DNA of 64,000 bases, taken from NCBI GenBank assembly GCA_023954375.1, contig JAMLIC010000006.1:18972-82971 (forward strand), written 5' to 3'. The stretch comes from Planctomycetota bacterium. GTDB taxonomy: Bacteria; Planctomycetota; J058. Under the pieces are notes generated by a model. It was not told the DNA's origin. It saw only the letters and a program-made list of their open reading frames with translations, and did no database searches. The position numbers and the translations under genes were made by a program. Shown piece by piece: positions 61,870 through 64,000 of the stretch (its first letter is position 1; each line of letters begins with the position of its first letter).

Positions 61870-63465
61870 ATGGCCTCGGGCTGGAGCAAGCTGTTCAAGC
61901 GGGCCGACCTCACCGGCGGCGAGCCCGACCTGGTCGTGCGCCTGCTCGACGCCGTGGCGAGCATCCTCCAGGGCGCCCAGGAGGAGGAGACGTTCCGGGA
62001 GATCCGCGCGCAGATCAAGGAGGTCTTCGCCTGCGACGACGTGTCGCTGTTCTTCCTCAGCGACGAGAAGCCCTCGCCCGACGAGGGCGAGTGGGTCCTG
62101 CGCGTGCGCGCCGGCTTCGGCGAGGGCAACCGCGTCACGCAGGCCGACGCGCGGGCGGTCCCGGCGCTCGTCTCGGGGAAGCGCCTCGTGGCGAGCGACT
62201 TCCTCACCGAGAAGGCCGTCCTCAAGGCCGTGGCGCTGGCGTTCGACGAGGACTGCTTCTACGGCTGCGACATCGAGAACAAGAAGGTGGTGCTGCTCAA
62301 GAACCCGACCCCCGAGGACGACATGGGCTCGGGCGACCTGTCGGTGCTGGCGATCCCGCTGCGCCACCAGGCCAAGGTCGGGCGCGTCGTGGAGAAGACG
62401 CGCGTGGGCGTCCTCGTCCTCTACAAGACGCCCGTGCGGCGCGACCTCGCCGAGCTGGAGCGGCCGCTGCGCTCGGTGCTGGCCCACGCGGTGGTGTCGT
62501 CGCGCTGCCAGCTGCGCGACCCGGTGACGGGCCTGTTCACCGAGTCCTTCCTGAAGGAAGAGCTGGGGCGGCAGGTGAACCTGTTCGACCTCACGAGCGG
62601 CAAGCTCATGGGCGGGCTCGTCGTCGGGCACATCGACACGCTCCACCTCTACCGGCAGACGCTCGAGTCGGCGGCCAAGGTCGACCCGGCCGAGGTCTCG
62701 CAGCGCGTCTCCGACGTGCTCCGCGGCGTGAGCCTGTGCGTGCAGCGGCGCGCCAGCGACCACGCCCTCGGCGCGGGCGCGGACTACAAGTGCGGCTACG
62801 TGGGCCGGATCGGCCACGACGACTTCGGCGTGATCCTGCCCAGGCTGTCGGCCTTCGAGCTGTGCATGTGGGGCGGGCGCCTGGCCAAGGAGGTGATCGC
62901 CCATCCGTTCCAGGGCGAGGAGATGCTCCCGCAGGGGGAGGTGACGGTCACGCTGCGCGTGATCCCGTTCGGCGCGCACGGCGCGCACGCGCCCGAGGCG
63001 ATCTGGAAGCTGGGCAAGGACGCGCTGGAGGAGGTCGCGCGCGAGCAGAACCGGCTGCGCAACGACGCGGCCCAGCTGCGCACCGTCGTCAACACGCTCC
63101 TGGCGCTCGGCCCCGAGGGGCGCTGGGTCGCGCCGTCGGAGCTGTCGAAGGAGCAGGGCGCGCCGGCGGCGCCGGCCGCGCCGGCCGCGCCGGTGGTCAC
63201 GAAGGTCGCGGGGCTGGACCTGGTCGACGACGTCACCGCGGCCACGCCGCCGCCGCGCCCGCCGCGGAAGGGGCCGCCGTCAGGGGCGGGGCCTGTCCGC
63301 CCGCCTGCGCCGGGGCCGGGGGCCCGGCGGCCAGGGCCGGCGCCGACGGGGCCGACGAGGCGGCCTGCCGGGGCGCCACCTCCCGCAGGGCCGGGGCCGG
63401 CGTCGGGTCCGGTCAAGCGGCCCGGGCCGGGGCCGCGTCCGGGTCAGCCGCAGCGCAAGGGATGA
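61870..63465 (+). CDS. GAF domain + degenerate GGDEF (diguanylate-cyclase-like) domain protein with Pro-rich C-terminal tail
   Basis: ATG 61870 with GGAGGG SD. GAF-like N-terminal half. DPVTGLFTESFLKEELGRQ…GRIGHDDFGVILP matches the GGDEF fold with the GG(D/E)EF signature replaced by GHDDF, so likely inactive or a c-di-GMP receptor. The last ~120 aa are a PAPxP-type proline-rich tail. Confidence 0.75.
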   Translation: MASGWSKLFKRADLTGGEPDLVVRLLDAVASILQGAQEEETFREIRAQIKEVFACDDVSLFFLSDEKPSPDEGEWVLRVRAGFGEGNRVTQADARAVPALVSGKRLVASDFLTEKAVLKAVALAFDEDCFYGCDIENKKVVLLKNPTPEDDMGSGDLSVLAIPLRHQAKVGRVVEKTRVGVLVLYKTPVRRDLAELERPLRSVLAHAVVSSRCQLRDPVTGLFTESFLKEELGRQVNLFDLTSGKLMGGLVVGHIDTLHLYRQTLESAAKVDPAEVSQRVSDVLRGVSLCVQRRASDHALGAGADYKCGYVGRIGHDDFGVILPRLSAFELCMWGGRLAKEVIAHPFQGEEMLPQGEVTVTLRVIPFGAHGAHAPEAIWKLGKDALEEVAREQNRLRNDAAQLRTVVNTLLALGPEGRWVAPSELSKEQGAPAAPAAPAAPVVTKVAGLDLVDDVTAATPPPRPPRKGPPSGAGPVRPPAPGPGARRPGPAPTGPTRRPAGAPPPAGPGPASGPVKRPGPGPRPGQPQRKG

Positions 63466-63556
63466 CCGCCGCCGCGGCGCCGGCGCGGACCATCCGCGAC
63501 CTCCCGGTGCGACGCCGCGGCGGCGTGGCCCGGGCCGACGCAAGCGGCGGCCCGCG

Positions 63557-63985
63557 TCAGGGGCCCGCGGCGACCACGAGCATCCAGACGACGCCGAGCA
63601 GGCCGGACGCGAAGCCGGCCGCCGGCAGGAGGCGCTGCTCGGCGCGCCCGAGCCCGGGCGCGGGCGCGGCCCGGCGGACCGAGAGCCCGGCGATCACGGC
63701 GAAGGCGGCCAGGAAGATCGTCCCCGCGACCATCGCCCGCGCGTGGAGCGGGGTGACGTCGAACGGCACCAGGCCGTCGACGAGGTGCGTCACCCCGCCG
63801 CGGCCGAAGCTCAGGAGGAGGACGATCGTCGGCAGGGCGGAGAGGGTGAAGGCGTAGAGGGCCGAGACGACGAGGCGCAGGCGCAGGGCCTCGCCCTGGG
63901 GGGCCGCGGCGGGCTTGCGGCCGAAGCGCCAGCGCGGGCCGAGCGCGCGGACGACGCCGATCGGGCCGCCGAAGCCCAGGCCCAT
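63557..63985 (-). CDS. hypothetical membrane protein (may extend beyond the window edge)
   Basis: 142-aa ORF with 3-4 hydrophobic helices. The in-frame sequence continues to the window end, so the start is unresolved. Confidence 0.3.
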   Translation of the reverse strand: MGLGFGGPIGVVRALGPRWRFGRKPAAAPQGEALRLRLVVSALYAFTLSALPTIVLLLSFGRGGVTHLVDGLVPFDVTPLHARAMVAGTIFLAAFAVIAGLSVRRAAPAPGLGRAEQRLLPAAGFASGLLGVVWMLVVAAGP

Positions 63986-64000
63986 GACGCCGGCGCAGAT

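Overview
This 64-kb window has a very high GC content (about 73-75%) and is densely coding on both strands. Its gene content (many eukaryotic-like Ser/Thr kinases, a giant TPR protein, sigma-54-era signalling proteins, a major-vault-protein homolog) fits a Myxococcota-like genome. This is an inference from composition and gene repertoire, not a database match. Because GC is so high, long stop-free ORFs occur in every frame, so ORF length alone is weak evidence; calls were made from recognisable motifs, start and SD context, and coupling overlaps.

Main content, in order along the window:
- 3' end of an ABC ATPase gene.
- A Ser/Thr kinase fused to WD40-like repeats.
- A secreted SH3b plus SleB-type cell-wall hydrolase and a DUF362 protein.
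- A minus-strand operon encoding a membrane protein, a RecD2-like helicase and a DUF2233 phosphodiester glycosidase.
- uvrA, flanked by a ~2.8-kb direct duplication that carries two paralogous Ser/Thr kinase genes whose frames are disrupted.
- Three SPFH/band-7 genes plus NfeD.
- Threonine aldolase and an isoaspartyl peptidase/asparaginase.
- A lipoprotein with two CxxCH motifs.
- A 919-aa major vault protein (MVP) homolog followed by a 17-bp-stem terminator hairpin.
- An iron-type ABC substrate-binding lipoprotein.
- A low-GC IS91-family (rolling-circle HUH-Y2) element that also carries a tyrosine recombinase, has ~18-bp inverted ends, and sits next to an unusual inverted heptamer-array palindrome. 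It is inserted at the stop codon of a patatin-like phospholipase gene.
- A co-directional block trxC - CPBP protease - giant 4396-aa TPR protein - Zn-ribbon protein - patatin.
- A secreted HExxH metalloprotease.
- A receiver-Ser/Thr-kinase fusion lying divergent to a GAF/PAS histidine kinase.
- An alpha/beta hydrolase, a Zn-ribbon/KOW small protein and a GAF-degenerate-GGDEF protein.

No rRNA, tRNA or CRISPR array was detected by eye.

The most notable items are the bacterial MVP homolog in an SPFH-rich neighbourhood, the 13.2-kb TPR gene apparently operonic with a patatin phospholipase, the kinase duplication bracketing uvrA, the composite IS91/integrase element with its heptamer-array palindrome, and a family of CACGGAGG-based long palindromes.
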